Assembly (NCBI GenBank): GCA_021732605.1
Contig: JAKFUS010000003.1
Location: 51,476 to 115,475 of the forward strand
From: Betaproteobacteria bacterium
Lineage (GTDB): Bacteria > Pseudomonadota > Gammaproteobacteria > Burkholderiales > SG8-41
DNA length: 64,000 bases
Reading direction: 5' to 3'
Shown here: positions 52,792 to 64,000 of the stretch, piece by piece
How the letters are laid out: each line of letters opens with the position of its first letter
How positions within the stretch are numbered: position 1 is the stretch's first letter
The notes under the pieces: model-generated
Database searches by the model: none
Seen by the model: only the letters and a program-made list of their open reading frames with translations
Told to the model about the DNA's origin: nothing
Translations under genes and position numbers: made by a program

Positions 52792-54030
52792 TTAGCTTCT
52801 ATAGTCGGCATTGATGCTGACGTAATCATGCGACAGGTCGCATGTCCACACCACTGCAGCCGCCTTGCCGCGGTTGAGCACGACACGCACGGTAATTTCC
52901 GCCTGCTTCATTACCCGCTGTCCTTCCGCCTCCTGATACGCAGGACTGCGTCCGCCGTGTTCCGCCACCAGCACATCGTCGAGATAGAGTTCGATGCCTT
53001 CGACTTCAAGGTCGGCGATACCCGCATAACCGATGGCAGCGAGGATGCGGCCGAGATTCGGGTCTGACGCGAAAAAAGCGGTCTTGATCAACGGCGAATG
53101 CGCAATCGCCAGCGCGACCTTGCGGCATTCTTCTTCGCTGCGGCCGGCCTCGACTTTCACCGTAATGAATTTGGTGGCACCCTCGCCGTCGCGGATAATG
53201 GCCTGCGCCAGTGTGGTGGCTACCGCCGTGATTGCATCGCGGAACGCCAGATACTCGGCGCTTTTCGCATCAACAATCTCAGGCATCGCGGCCTTGCCGG
53301 TCGCGATCAGCATGAAGCTGTCGTTGGTCGAAGTGTCACCATCGACGGTGATGCGATTAAAGGAGCGCTGCGCGGCATAAGCGACCGCGGCCTTGACCAG
53401 CGGCTGGCTGACCGCCGCGTCAGTGGCAATGAAGCCGAGCATGGTCGCCATGTTCGGATGAATCATGCCGGCGCCCTTGGCGATACCGGTCAGGGTGATT
53501 GTCGCAGCGCCGATCTGGACCTGACACGACGCGGCTTTGGGAATCGTGTCCGTGGTCATGATCGCCTGCGCGGCATCAGCCCATGCATCGGCTTTAAGTG
53601 CGGCAATACATTGCGGCAGGCCAGCAGCGATCCGCTCCACCGGCAGCGGCTCCATGATGACGCCGGTTGAAAAAGGCAATATCTGCGTGCTGTTGCAACC
53701 CAGCAGTTGCGCCGCATCGGCACAGGTCTGCCGCGCGCGCGCGAGGCCCTCCTTGCCCGTGCCGGCATTGGCCACCCCGGTGTTGATCACCAGCGCACGT
53801 ATGCCCTGCCCCGGATCGACCATCGACAGGTGCTGCCGGCACACCACTACCGGCGCCGCACAAAAACGGTTTTGGGTAAACACACCGGCGACCCGCGCTC
53901 CTACATCGAGTTTTATCAGCAGCAGATCCTTGCGCCCGGCCTTGCGAATGCCCGCCTGCGTGATGCCCAGCTCCACCCCGGCCACCGGCAGCAGAGTCTG
54001 CGGATCCGGCGGATTCAAGTTGACGGGCAT
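52792..54030 (-). CDS. argJ: bifunctional glutamate N-acetyltransferase / amino-acid acetyltransferase ArgJ
   Basis: [14 protein letters not shown] carries the autoproteolytic Thr site, and the sequence is ArgJ-like throughout. Start chosen at ATG 54030 (MPVNLNPP). The upstream part of the track ORF overlaps secA. Confidence 0.9.
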   Translation of the reverse strand: MPVNLNPPDPQTLLPVAGVELGITQAGIRKAGRKDLLLIKLDVGARVAGVFTQNRFCAAPVVVCRQHLSMVDPGQGIRALVINTGVANAGTGKEGLARARQTCADAAQLLGCNSTQILPFSTGVIMEPLPVERIAAGLPQCIAALKADAWADAAQAIMTTDTIPKAASCQVQIGAATITLTGIAKGAGMIHPNMATMLGFIATDAAVSQPLVKAAVAYAAQRSFNRITVDGDTSTNDSFMLIATGKAAMPEIVDAKSAEYLAFRDAITAVATTLAQAIIRDGEGATKFITVKVEAGRSEEECRKVALAIAHSPLIKTAFFASDPNLGRILAAIGYAGIADLEVEGIELYLDDVLVAEHGGRSPAYQEAEGQRVMKQAEITVRVVLNRGKAAAVVWTCDLSHDYVSINADYRS

Positions 54031-54034
54031 GGCA

Positions 54035-56854
<2,820 letters not shown>

Positions 56855-56867
56855 GAACATCCTGAAT

Positions 56868-56896
56868 AAAAAAGGGGTGGGATAATCCCACCCCTG
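56868..56896 (-). terminator. rho-independent terminator after the M23 peptidase gene
   Basis: On the minus strand: GGGGTGGGA-tta-TCCCACCCC-ttttttatt. This is a perfect 9-bp stem plus a T-run, 26 nt after the stop at 56922. Confidence 0.8.
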
Positions 56897-56921
56897 CAAT
56901 TCTCGCGCTCAGTGCCGCTGT

Positions 56922-57845
56922 TCAGCCGGGTAATTGCAGAAACTGCGCGGGGTTCCTCGCCGCACCGCGCTGGCGCACTTCAAAATGCAGATGAGAGCCC
57001 GTTGCGCGACCCGTTCTTCCCACATCGGCTATTCGCGAACCTCGCAACACCACGTCGCCGACTTTCACCAGACGCTTCGATGCATGGGCGTACCGGGAGA
57101 TCAGATCATTGCCATGATCAATCTCAACCATATTACCATATTGGGGGTGAAATTCTGAGTAGACCACGACGCCTGCAGCCGCCGCATAAATCGGCGTGCC
57201 ATCCTCGGCCATGAAGTCTATGCCCTCGTGAAACGCGCGCTGTCCGGTGAACGGATCGATGCGCCAGCCGTAGTTCGATGAATACCAGCCGCCCTCGACC
57301 GGGAGCTTGGTCGGAACCAGTTTTTTCCTGGCACTTTCCAGTGTGAACATCGACTCCAGCAGGCCCAGCTTGTCGCCACGATCTTCCAATTGCTGTGTCA
57401 ACAGATCCATCTGCCGCGTAAAGTCGCCGAGTGAGAGATTCTGACTCGGCACCGATGAAATCGCTCCACCGCGGCCCGGCGCCTCATTGAACATCAGGTC
57501 CTGCGGCTTGAAACCTGCGAGCTTGGCCAAACGTTCGCCCAGGGTATCGAGCCGCAGCAACTGCGCCTGCATCTGTCCCAGCTGGACGGCCATCGCATTC
57601 AGGTTATCCTGCAGATAGGATTGGTTTTTTTCCTGCTGCCGCTGGTGGATGGAAACCAGCATGTCCTTGACGTAGGGAATATTCAATTCCGCAGCAAAGC
57701 GCAGAATGCCGTAATTGAGCGCCCCGGCCAGAACCAGCACCATAAAGCCCATGACCGCAACGGCACCCGCGAGATGGAACCATCCCAGCGTGATGGTTCG
57801 CGCTTTTGGCAGTTTTTCTGAAACCAGAATAATATTCACGGCCAC
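56922..57845 (-). CDS. M23-family metallopeptidase with an N-terminal membrane anchor and coiled coil
   Basis: FHEGIDF (H-x-x-x-D) and GSHLHFEVR (H-x-H) are the zinc motifs. GTG start. Confidence 0.85.
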   Translation of the reverse strand: MAVNIILVSEKLPKARTITLGWFHLAGAVAVMGFMVLVLAGALNYGILRFAAELNIPYVKDMLVSIHQRQQEKNQSYLQDNLNAMAVQLGQMQAQLLRLDTLGERLAKLAGFKPQDLMFNEAPGRGGAISSVPSQNLSLGDFTRQMDLLTQQLEDRGDKLGLLESMFTLESARKKLVPTKLPVEGGWYSSNYGWRIDPFTGQRAFHEGIDFMAEDGTPIYAAAAGVVVYSEFHPQYGNMVEIDHGNDLISRYAHASKRLVKVGDVVLRGSRIADVGRTGRATGSHLHFEVRQRGAARNPAQFLQLPG

Positions 57846-57859
57846 TCTCCCTTACCGCC

Positions 57860-58300
57860 ATGCCCACCCGCAAACTCAGCGCCCTGATCATCGATAACGC
57901 AGGTTTAACGGCACTCACCCGGGCAACACAGTGCATCGCAGCACTGCAACGGCTTTATGCGGTCTGCGCGCCCCCTGACATGGTCCGGGCAAGCCGTGTG
58001 GTCAATAACCGGGACGGCATGCTGGTCATAGCGGCAGACAACGGAGCAATCGCGGCCAAACTACGTCAACAGGCACCCCGACTGCTTAAGAATATGCAAA
58101 AACAGGGGGGTGAGGTTACTGGAATCCGGGTGCAAGTTCAAGTTGAACGCAGCACTCCTGCACCGCGAATCCGAACCAAAAAAATACCGCTAACCATTGA
58201 TTCTATTAACAATATTGAAAGGCTGTCAAAGCAGGTCACAGATCCCGACCTGGGTTCGGCACTAGCCCGATTTGCCGCGCGGCGACGCAGCGATCGTTGA
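57860..58300 (+). CDS. DUF721 / DciA-like protein
   Basis: 146 aa. The pattern ASRVVNNRDGMLVIAADNGAIAAKLRQQAPRLL and the position between secA/M23 and lpxC are typical of betaproteobacterial DUF721 genes. Confidence 0.6.
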   Translation: MPTRKLSALIIDNAGLTALTRATQCIAALQRLYAVCAPPDMVRASRVVNNRDGMLVIAADNGAIAAKLRQQAPRLLKNMQKQGGEVTGIRVQVQVERSTPAPRIRTKKIPLTIDSINNIERLSKQVTDPDLGSALARFAARRRSDR

Positions 58301-58324
58301 CGGACGGGCCGGGCAAACTGGCCG

Positions 58325-58510
58325 TCAAACCACCATCAATAGACGCTCGGCGATGTAAAACACCATCAGCAGTGCCACAAACACCAAGGTGCCGAGGAAA
58401 ATCCGCCACGCGAAGTGCAGATAGCGCTGCTCCCGCCTGAGTGCATACAGGGCCAGCGACACGCCGATCGCAATCAACGCAAAAATACCAACCACACGGA
58501 GGATCAGCAT
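58325..58510 (-). CDS. small 2-TM membrane protein (61 aa), hypothetical
   Basis: MLILRVVGIFALIAIGVSLALYAL..FLGTLVFVALLMVFYIA gives two clear hydrophobic helices. No family assignment. Confidence 0.4.
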   Translation of the reverse strand: MLILRVVGIFALIAIGVSLALYALRREQRYLHFAWRIFLGTLVFVALLMVFYIAERLLMVV

Positions 58511-58558
58511 GGAAAACGCCGGGAATCCGTAGCAGACCGCAGCGACACTGGCCCGGGA

Positions 58559-59470
58559 TCAGGCAGCCTGAGGCTGCCAGGCGAGAAAGGGCGGGGCGTC
58601 CTCGGTACGGTCGAAACTGACGTATTCCCACGCCTGGGGCTGCTCCAGCAGATGACGTAACAACCGGTTGTTCATGGCGTGGCCGGACTTGTGGCCGCTG
58701 AAGGCGCCGATCAGCGGATGCCCGAGCAGATACAGGTCGCCGATGGCATCCAACACCTTGTGTTTGACGAATTCATTGTCGTAACGCAGGCCGTCGTTGT
58801 TGAGCACGCGGTACTCGTCCATGACGATGGCGTTATCGAGACTGCCACCCAGCGCCAACCCCTGTGTGCGCATGCTTTCAACATCCTGCATGAAGCCGAA
58901 GGTGCGTGCACGCGCCACTTCCTTGACATAGGACGTCGTGGCGAAATCAACAACCACCGATTGCGCGCCGGGTTCGAACACCGGATGCGCATAATCAATG
59001 GCCAGTTCCAACCGGAAGCCGTTATGCGGATCAAAACGCACCCACCTATCCCCATCCCGAACCTCAACGGGCTTGAGAATACGGATGAACTTTTTCGGTA
59101 CCCCCTGCTCCTCGATGCCCGCCGACTGCAGCAGAAATACAAAGGGGCCGGCGCTGCCATCCATGATCGGCACTTCCGGCGCAGTGACATCCACCCAGAC
59201 GTTGTCGACACCCAAACCGGCCAGCGCCGACATCAGATGTTCCACAGTGGAGACGCGGACGCCGTCTTTTTCCAGGCACGACGACAGACGCGTATCGTGA
59301 ACCGCGTAGGGATCCGCCCTGATCTCGACCGGCGGGTCAAGATCAATGCGCCGAAACACAATACCGGTATGCGGCTGGGCCGGACGCAGGGTCAAATGAA
59401 CCTTCTCGCCCGTGTGCAGACCCACGCCGGTGGCGCGAATCACGTTTTTTAATGTGCGCTGCTTGATCAC
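58559..59470 (-). CDS. lpxC: UDP-3-O-acyl-N-acetylglucosamine deacetylase
   Basis: (M)[23 protein letters not shown] is almost identical to the E. coli LpxC start. GTG start codon. Confidence 0.95.
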   Translation of the reverse strand: MIKQRTLKNVIRATGVGLHTGEKVHLTLRPAQPHTGIVFRRIDLDPPVEIRADPYAVHDTRLSSCLEKDGVRVSTVEHLMSALAGLGVDNVWVDVTAPEVPIMDGSAGPFVFLLQSAGIEEQGVPKKFIRILKPVEVRDGDRWVRFDPHNGFRLELAIDYAHPVFEPGAQSVVVDFATTSYVKEVARARTFGFMQDVESMRTQGLALGGSLDNAIVMDEYRVLNNDGLRYDNEFVKHKVLDAIGDLYLLGHPLIGAFSGHKSGHAMNNRLLRHLLEQPQAWEYVSFDRTEDAPPFLAWQPQAA

Positions 59471-59655
59471 GTTTTAATGAATCGTTTTAACGTTTACCAA
59501 TTAATCATTTACCAATCTATCGCTTCGGCCATGGTGCGCCCTAATCCGGAAAGCATGCGAAGTTTATCATAATGCCGCACTGCAGCACAGACGCCGGCCC
59601 CTCATTCAGGCCGGCGCAAAACTCCGCCGTTCCAGCCGAATCCTCGCTCCAGATC

Positions 59656-60816
59656 TCAGTCGGCCTGTTTGCGCAAAAATGCCGGGATATCGAGCATCTC
59701 GACGCCGGACTGACGCATGGCTTCAACCGTCGCGTCACGGTTGCGGCGGCGGATCACAGCCGGCTGTTCCAGTGCGTTGTAGTCGACCTCCATGCCCATG
59801 TTGTCGGTGCCGGTTTTTTGCGCCATCACGATCATCGGTTTTGCGTTTTGCCGAACCAGCGGCTTCCCAAGGCCGGTCGCTACGATGGTCACCCGCAGGG
59901 CGTCCTCGAGGCTTTCGTCATAGACGGTGCCGACGATGACGGTCGCTGAATCTGCAGCAAAGGCCTTGATGGTTTCCATGACGTCATACATTTCCTGCAG
60001 CTGAAATGTCGCCTTGCTGGCGGAAATATTGACCAGCACGCCGCGAGCGTCGGAAATATTGATGTCTTCCAGCAGCGGACAGGCCACCGCCTGTTCGGCC
60101 GCTTCGCGCGCCCGACCGATGCCGGCCGCTTTTGCCGAGCCCATCATCGCCATGCCCATCTCGCCCATCACCGTGCGCACGTCGGCAAAGTCGACATTGA
60201 TCATGCCCGGGCAGCTGATGATTTCGGCAATGCCGGCCACTGCGCCATGCAGCACGTCGTTGGCCGCGCGGAAGGCCTCGTCCAGCGTGATCGAGTTACC
60301 GAGAACCTGCATCAGCTTGTCGTTGGGGATCACGATCAGCGAGTCGACATGCTGCGCCAGCGCGTCCAGGCCTTCCTGCGCCAGGCGCTGCCGTTTGCCC
60401 TCGAAGGCGAAGGGCTTGGTGACCACGGCCACCGTCAAAATGCCCAGCTCCTTGGCGACTTCTGCCACCACCGGTGCCGCACCGGTGCCGGTGCCGCCGC
60501 CCATGCCTGCGGTCAGGAACAGCATGTCTGCACCGGAAATCATTTCGGCGATGCGCTCGCGGTCTTCCATCGCGGCCTTCCGACCGATCTCGGGATTGGC
60601 ACCGGCGCCCAGGCCCTTGGTGATTTCACTGCCCAGTTGCAACTGGGTCTTCGCCTGATTGCGCTTGAGCGCCTGGGCGTCCGTGTTGGCGCAGATGAAC
60701 TCCACGCCCTGCACGCCCTGGACGATCATGTGGTCCACCGCATTGCCGCCGCAACCGCCGACCCCGATCACCTTGATTACCGCTTCCTGCGCTTGTGCAT
60801 CAATCAGTTCGATCAT
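59656..60816 (-). CDS. ftsZ: cell division GTPase FtsZ
   Basis: IKVIGVGGCGGNAV and GGGTGTGAAPV are tubulin signature motifs. The C-terminal peptide is DIPAFLRKQAD. Confidence 0.95.
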   Translation of the reverse strand: MIELIDAQAQEAVIKVIGVGGCGGNAVDHMIVQGVQGVEFICANTDAQALKRNQAKTQLQLGSEITKGLGAGANPEIGRKAAMEDRERIAEMISGADMLFLTAGMGGGTGTGAAPVVAEVAKELGILTVAVVTKPFAFEGKRQRLAQEGLDALAQHVDSLIVIPNDKLMQVLGNSITLDEAFRAANDVLHGAVAGIAEIISCPGMINVDFADVRTVMGEMGMAMMGSAKAAGIGRAREAAEQAVACPLLEDINISDARGVLVNISASKATFQLQEMYDVMETIKAFAADSATVIVGTVYDESLEDALRVTIVATGLGKPLVRQNAKPMIVMAQKTGTDNMGMEVDYNALEQPAVIRRRNRDATVEAMRQSGVEMLDIPAFLRKQAD

Positions 60817-60923
60817 GTGAATCTCCTTTTTTTACGCAAACAAAGTAACGTTGAAGTTGAAAAATCCTGCTATCCGGTAAAAACTTTCGAACAAATCCTT
60901 AAGTGCCGCTGCAATCATCAAAA

Positions 60924-62174
60924 TCAGAAATTCCCCGTAAACCAGTGTTTCATCCGCTCCAGCGCCTGCTGGAAAGTGCTGATGTGCATGCGCGCGGCAT
61001 CGCGCTGGCGATGCTCGTTGGCGCCCGCGATCAGCAGGCCGACCCCCGTCGCGTAACGCGTACTGCGCACCACCTCGGCCAGCCCGCCCGCGTACTGCGG
61101 CATGCCGATACGTACCGGCATGTGGAAAATTTCCTCGCCCAGCTCGACCATGCCGCGCATCGCGCTTGAACCACCGGTCAGCACCACGCCCGAGGACAGC
61201 AGTTCCTCGTAGCCGCTGCGCCGCAGTTCCGTCTGCACCAGCGAATACAGCTCCTCGACCCGCGGCTCGATGACTTCTGACAAGGTCTTGCACGACAGCT
61301 GACGCGAGCTGCGGTCGCCGACACCCGGCACATCAACCATCTCCTGCGGGTCGGCCAGTTGCGACAGCGCACAGCCAAAACGTTGCTTGATGTCCTCGGC
61401 GTCCTTGGTCGGCGTACGCAACGCCATCGCGATGTCGTTGGTGATCTGGTCGCCGGCAATCGGGATCACCGCGGTATGGCGGATCGCACCGTGAGTAAAC
61501 ACCGCCATGTCTGTGGTTCCGCCACCAATGTCGATCAAGCAGACACCCAGGTCCTTTTCATCGTCCGACAGCACCGCAACGGATGAAGCCAGCGGTTGCA
61601 GGATCAAATCGTTGACCTCCAGGCCGCAACGACGCACACACTTGATAATGTTCTGCGCCGCCGACACTGCGCCGGTGACGATATGCACCTTGACCTCAAG
61701 CCGAACCCCCGACATGCCCAGCGGCTCGCGCACGTCTTCCTGACCATCGATGATGAATTCCTGGTTGAGGACATGCAGAATCTGCTGATCGTTCGGGATC
61801 TGCACCGCCTTGGCGGTCTCGATCACCCGATCGATGTCCATTTGCGCGACTTCCTTGTCCTTGATCGCGACCATGCCCTGCGAGTTGAAACTCTTGATGT
61901 GGTTGCCGGCGATGCCGGTATAAACCTCGCGGATTTTGCAGTCGGCCATCAGCTCCGCCTCCTCCAGCGCGCGCTGGATGGCGTTGACCGTGGTTTCGAT
62001 GTTGACCACCACGCCTTTTTTCAAACCTCGTGAGGGGTGGCTGCCCATACCGATGATCTCGAAGCCGCCCTCGGGTTTGAGTTCGGCGACGATGGCGACG
62101 ATCTTCGACGTGCCGATGTCGAGTCCGACCACCAATTTCTTGTTTTCCCTGGTTTTGTTCATGGTCCCTGTCAT
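60924..62174 (-). CDS. ftsA: cell division protein FtsA
   Basis: VVGLDIGTSKIVAIV and DIGGGTTD are actin-fold motifs. The start is 62174 or ATG 62162. Confidence 0.95.
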   Translation of the reverse strand: MTGTMNKTRENKKLVVGLDIGTSKIVAIVAELKPEGGFEIIGMGSHPSRGLKKGVVVNIETTVNAIQRALEEAELMADCKIREVYTGIAGNHIKSFNSQGMVAIKDKEVAQMDIDRVIETAKAVQIPNDQQILHVLNQEFIIDGQEDVREPLGMSGVRLEVKVHIVTGAVSAAQNIIKCVRRCGLEVNDLILQPLASSVAVLSDDEKDLGVCLIDIGGGTTDMAVFTHGAIRHTAVIPIAGDQITNDIAMALRTPTKDAEDIKQRFGCALSQLADPQEMVDVPGVGDRSSRQLSCKTLSEVIEPRVEELYSLVQTELRRSGYEELLSSGVVLTGGSSAMRGMVELGEEIFHMPVRIGMPQYAGGLAEVVRSTRYATGVGLLIAGANEHRQRDAARMHISTFQQALERMKHWFTGNF

Positions 62175-62177
62175 TTC

Positions 62178-62912
62178 CTAAGCCCCGCGCTTTTGCCGGG
62201 GTTCTGTTGCAGGCGGCAGGCCCGGTACCCGCGCAGCAAATCCATTGGCGTAGCGCAAATCGACGCGGTCTACGGGGCTGGTCATGCGCGCAATCGTCCG
62301 CGGATAAGTGACGACAAAACGCCGCAGCCTCGCCTCGACCTGTTCTCGTCCTAGATCCAGTGTCATGCCGTCGTCGAGCCGGATCTGCCAGGCGCGCCGC
62401 GGCGACACGTTGATTTCGCGGGGTATTTTTTCAATCGTGGCCAGGCTGCGCCGGAACAGGTCGTATTGGATGGTCATTTCCTTGGCAGATCCGGCAGGAC
62501 CGTTGAATACCGGCAACGCACCGTCGAAAGCTGCTTCAAAGACTTCACCATGGACATTGACCAGAGCAGCCTTGCCCCAGCGCGCCAGCGGCTGGTGTTC
62601 CGTCAACGCAACCTCCAGCCCGCCCGGCCACTGCCGGCGCACATCCGCGCTGCGCACCCACGGCAGTTTCTCGAAAGCCGCGCGGGCCGATCCCAGCTGC
62701 AGCGTGAACAACGTGCCGCGCACTTCGCGGCGGACGATCTCCTCGACCTGTGCGCGAGTGACATGCGCCAGCGGGGTCACCACGCGCACTGCATTGATTG
62801 AAAACACCGGCAGGCGCACGGCATAGGCCACGCCGGCATAGAGCAGGCCGAGCAAGGCCGCGACAAACAGCAGGTCGGCCAAAGTATTGAGCGCTGCGGG
62901 CTTATCCCACAT
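62178..62912 (-). CDS. ftsQ: cell division protein FtsQ
   Basis: 244 aa with an N-terminal TM segment plus POTRA-like region. It lies between ddl and ftsA and overlaps ddl by 11 nt. Confidence 0.85.
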   Translation of the reverse strand: MWDKPAALNTLADLLFVAALLGLLYAGVAYAVRLPVFSINAVRVVTPLAHVTRAQVEEIVRREVRGTLFTLQLGSARAAFEKLPWVRSADVRRQWPGGLEVALTEHQPLARWGKAALVNVHGEVFEAAFDGALPVFNGPAGSAKEMTIQYDLFRRSLATIEKIPREINVSPRRAWQIRLDDGMTLDLGREQVEARLRRFVVTYPRTIARMTSPVDRVDLRYANGFAARVPGLPPATEPRQKRGA

Positions 62913-63813
62913 GGGCCAGCTCCAGTATCCGCAGCACCAGATCGTTGAACGAGAGTCCCGCCTGGCGCGCCGCTATCGGCACCAGGCTGTGGCCGGTCAT
63001 GCCGGGGGAGGTGTTCAATTCCAGGAACTGCACGCTGCCGTCGGCGCGGCGGATCAGGTCGGCGCGGCCCCAGCCGCTGCAGCCCAGCGCCTGCGCACTC
63101 TTCATCACCAGCGCCCGGATACGAAGCTCATCTTCCTCGTGCAGCTCGCAGGGACAGTGGTATTTCGTCTCATCGCTGAAATACTTGTTCTGGTAATCGT
63201 AATTGCCCTGCGGCGCCTCGATGCGGATCAGCGGCAGCGCCTCCCCGCCAAGAAACCCCCCCGTCAGCTCCTGACCGCTGATGAATTCCTCTGCCATCAC
63301 CAAGGGATCATGCTGCGCCGCCGTGGCATAAGCCTGCGGCAGGTCGGCAGCCTGCAGCACCTTGGTCAACCCGATGGTCGAACCCTCGCGCGCCGGCTTG
63401 ACGATCAGCGGCAAGCCCAGCCGCGCCGCGACACCGGGCCAGTCGCTGCCGCCCGTGACCACCTCGAAACGCGGTGTCGGGATGCCGGCCGCTGCCCACA
63501 CCATCTTGGTACGCACCTTGTCCATCGCCAGTGCGGAACCCATCACGCCGCTGCCGGTATAGGGGATGCCCATCAGTTCCAGCGCGCCCTGCACCGTGCC
63601 GTCCTCGCCGTGGCCGCCGTGCAGCGCGATGAACACCCGGACAAATCCTTCGCGTTTCAAGTCGAAGATTTCACGTTCGGCCGGATCAAAGGCGTGGGCG
63701 TCACAACCCGCCGCGCGCAGGGCCTCGAGCACGTTTTTCCCGCTCATCAGCGAGATCTCGCGCTCGGCGCTGCGCCCGCCCATCAACACCGCGATTTTTC
63801 CGAAGCCGCTCAT
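62902..63813 (-). CDS. ddl: D-alanine--D-alanine ligase
   Basis: [21 protein letters not shown].., [16 protein letters not shown] and [10 protein letters not shown] are Ddl blocks. Confidence 0.9.
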   Translation of the reverse strand: MSGFGKIAVLMGGRSAEREISLMSGKNVLEALRAAGCDAHAFDPAEREIFDLKREGFVRVFIALHGGHGEDGTVQGALELMGIPYTGSGVMGSALAMDKVRTKMVWAAAGIPTPRFEVVTGGSDWPGVAARLGLPLIVKPAREGSTIGLTKVLQAADLPQAYATAAQHDPLVMAEEFISGQELTGGFLGGEALPLIRIEAPQGNYDYQNKYFSDETKYHCPCELHEEDELRIRALVMKSAQALGCSGWGRADLIRRADGSVQFLELNTSPGMTGHSLVPIAARQAGLSFNDLVLRILELAHVG

Positions 63814-64000
63814 GCCTGCTCTCCGATCACCCGCACTTCGCGTTCCAGCAAGACGCCGAAACGCTGCTGCACCGTGTTCTGCGCCAGCTCGATCAAGGCC
63901 TCAATGTCCGCGGCGCTTGCGCCGCCGGCGTTGACGATGAAGTTCGAGTGTTTCGTCGAAATGGCTGCCCCGCCAATCTCCCGACCCTTCAGGCCGCAGG
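63810..64000 (-). CDS. murB: UDP-N-acetylenolpyruvoylglucosamine reductase MurB, C-terminal 63 codons (5' part beyond the window)
   Basis: Hand translation gives [62 protein letters not shown], the MurB C-terminal pattern. Its TGA overlaps the ddl ATG (ATGA). Confidence 0.7.
   Translation of the reverse strand, partial: CGLKGREIGGAAISTKHSNFIVNAGGASAADIEALIELAQNTVQQRFGVLLEREVRVIGEQA

Noticed and set aside
59590-59625. Terminator after ftsZ (GCCGGCC-N9-GGCCGGC)
   Set aside because: It has a 7-bp stem with a 9-nt loop and no T-run on the minus strand. That is too weak to call.

Overview
High-GC chromosomal segment: sample 60-nt lines hand-count at about 63% GC. Gene content and order look betaproteobacterial (Burkholderiales/Rhodocyclales-like). 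Coding density is high and most genes are on the minus strand. No rRNA, tRNA, CRISPR array, transposase or integrase was recognised. The layout has three parts. (1) 0-24 kb is an accessory/metabolic mix: three Bug/TctC binding proteins, YcaO, a Zn-ADH, an orphan cis-prenyltransferase, a PEP-CTERM protein, an OsmC-fold gene interrupted by one in-frame TGA, a serine hydrolase, a TauD-family dioxygenase, a roughly 2 kb low-GC islet carrying an FRG-domain gene, and recQ. (2) 24.5-38.2 kb is a 13-gene co-directional cluster under a divergent GntR/HutC-type regulator. It embeds a four-subunit complex-II paralog among a two-subunit Fe-S hydro-lyase, an Ldh_2 dehydrogenase, a ThDP enzyme, a SuyAB-like split dehydratase, a signal-less sulfatase and two Bug binding proteins. 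(3) 38-64 kb is housekeeping: rpsP-rimM-trmD-rplS, ffh, pilC-pilD-coaE-zapD-yacG, argJ, secA, lpxC, and the dcw-cluster end murB-ddl-ftsQ-ftsA-ftsZ. The strongest leads are four. First, a candidate selenocysteine-containing OsmC/Ohr-family protein with an fdhF-like SECIS hairpin. Second, the complex-II-containing catabolic operon, whose flavoprotein has Cys where SdhA/FrdA have the flavinylated His. Third, a perfectly repeated in-frame 27-bp unit present at two sites in one gene. Fourth, several unexplained short tandem or shared motifs in intergenic DNA. The ORF track renders GTG/TTG starts as M, so several starts were re-chosen by hand. Many long ORFs antisense to well-supported genes were discarded.
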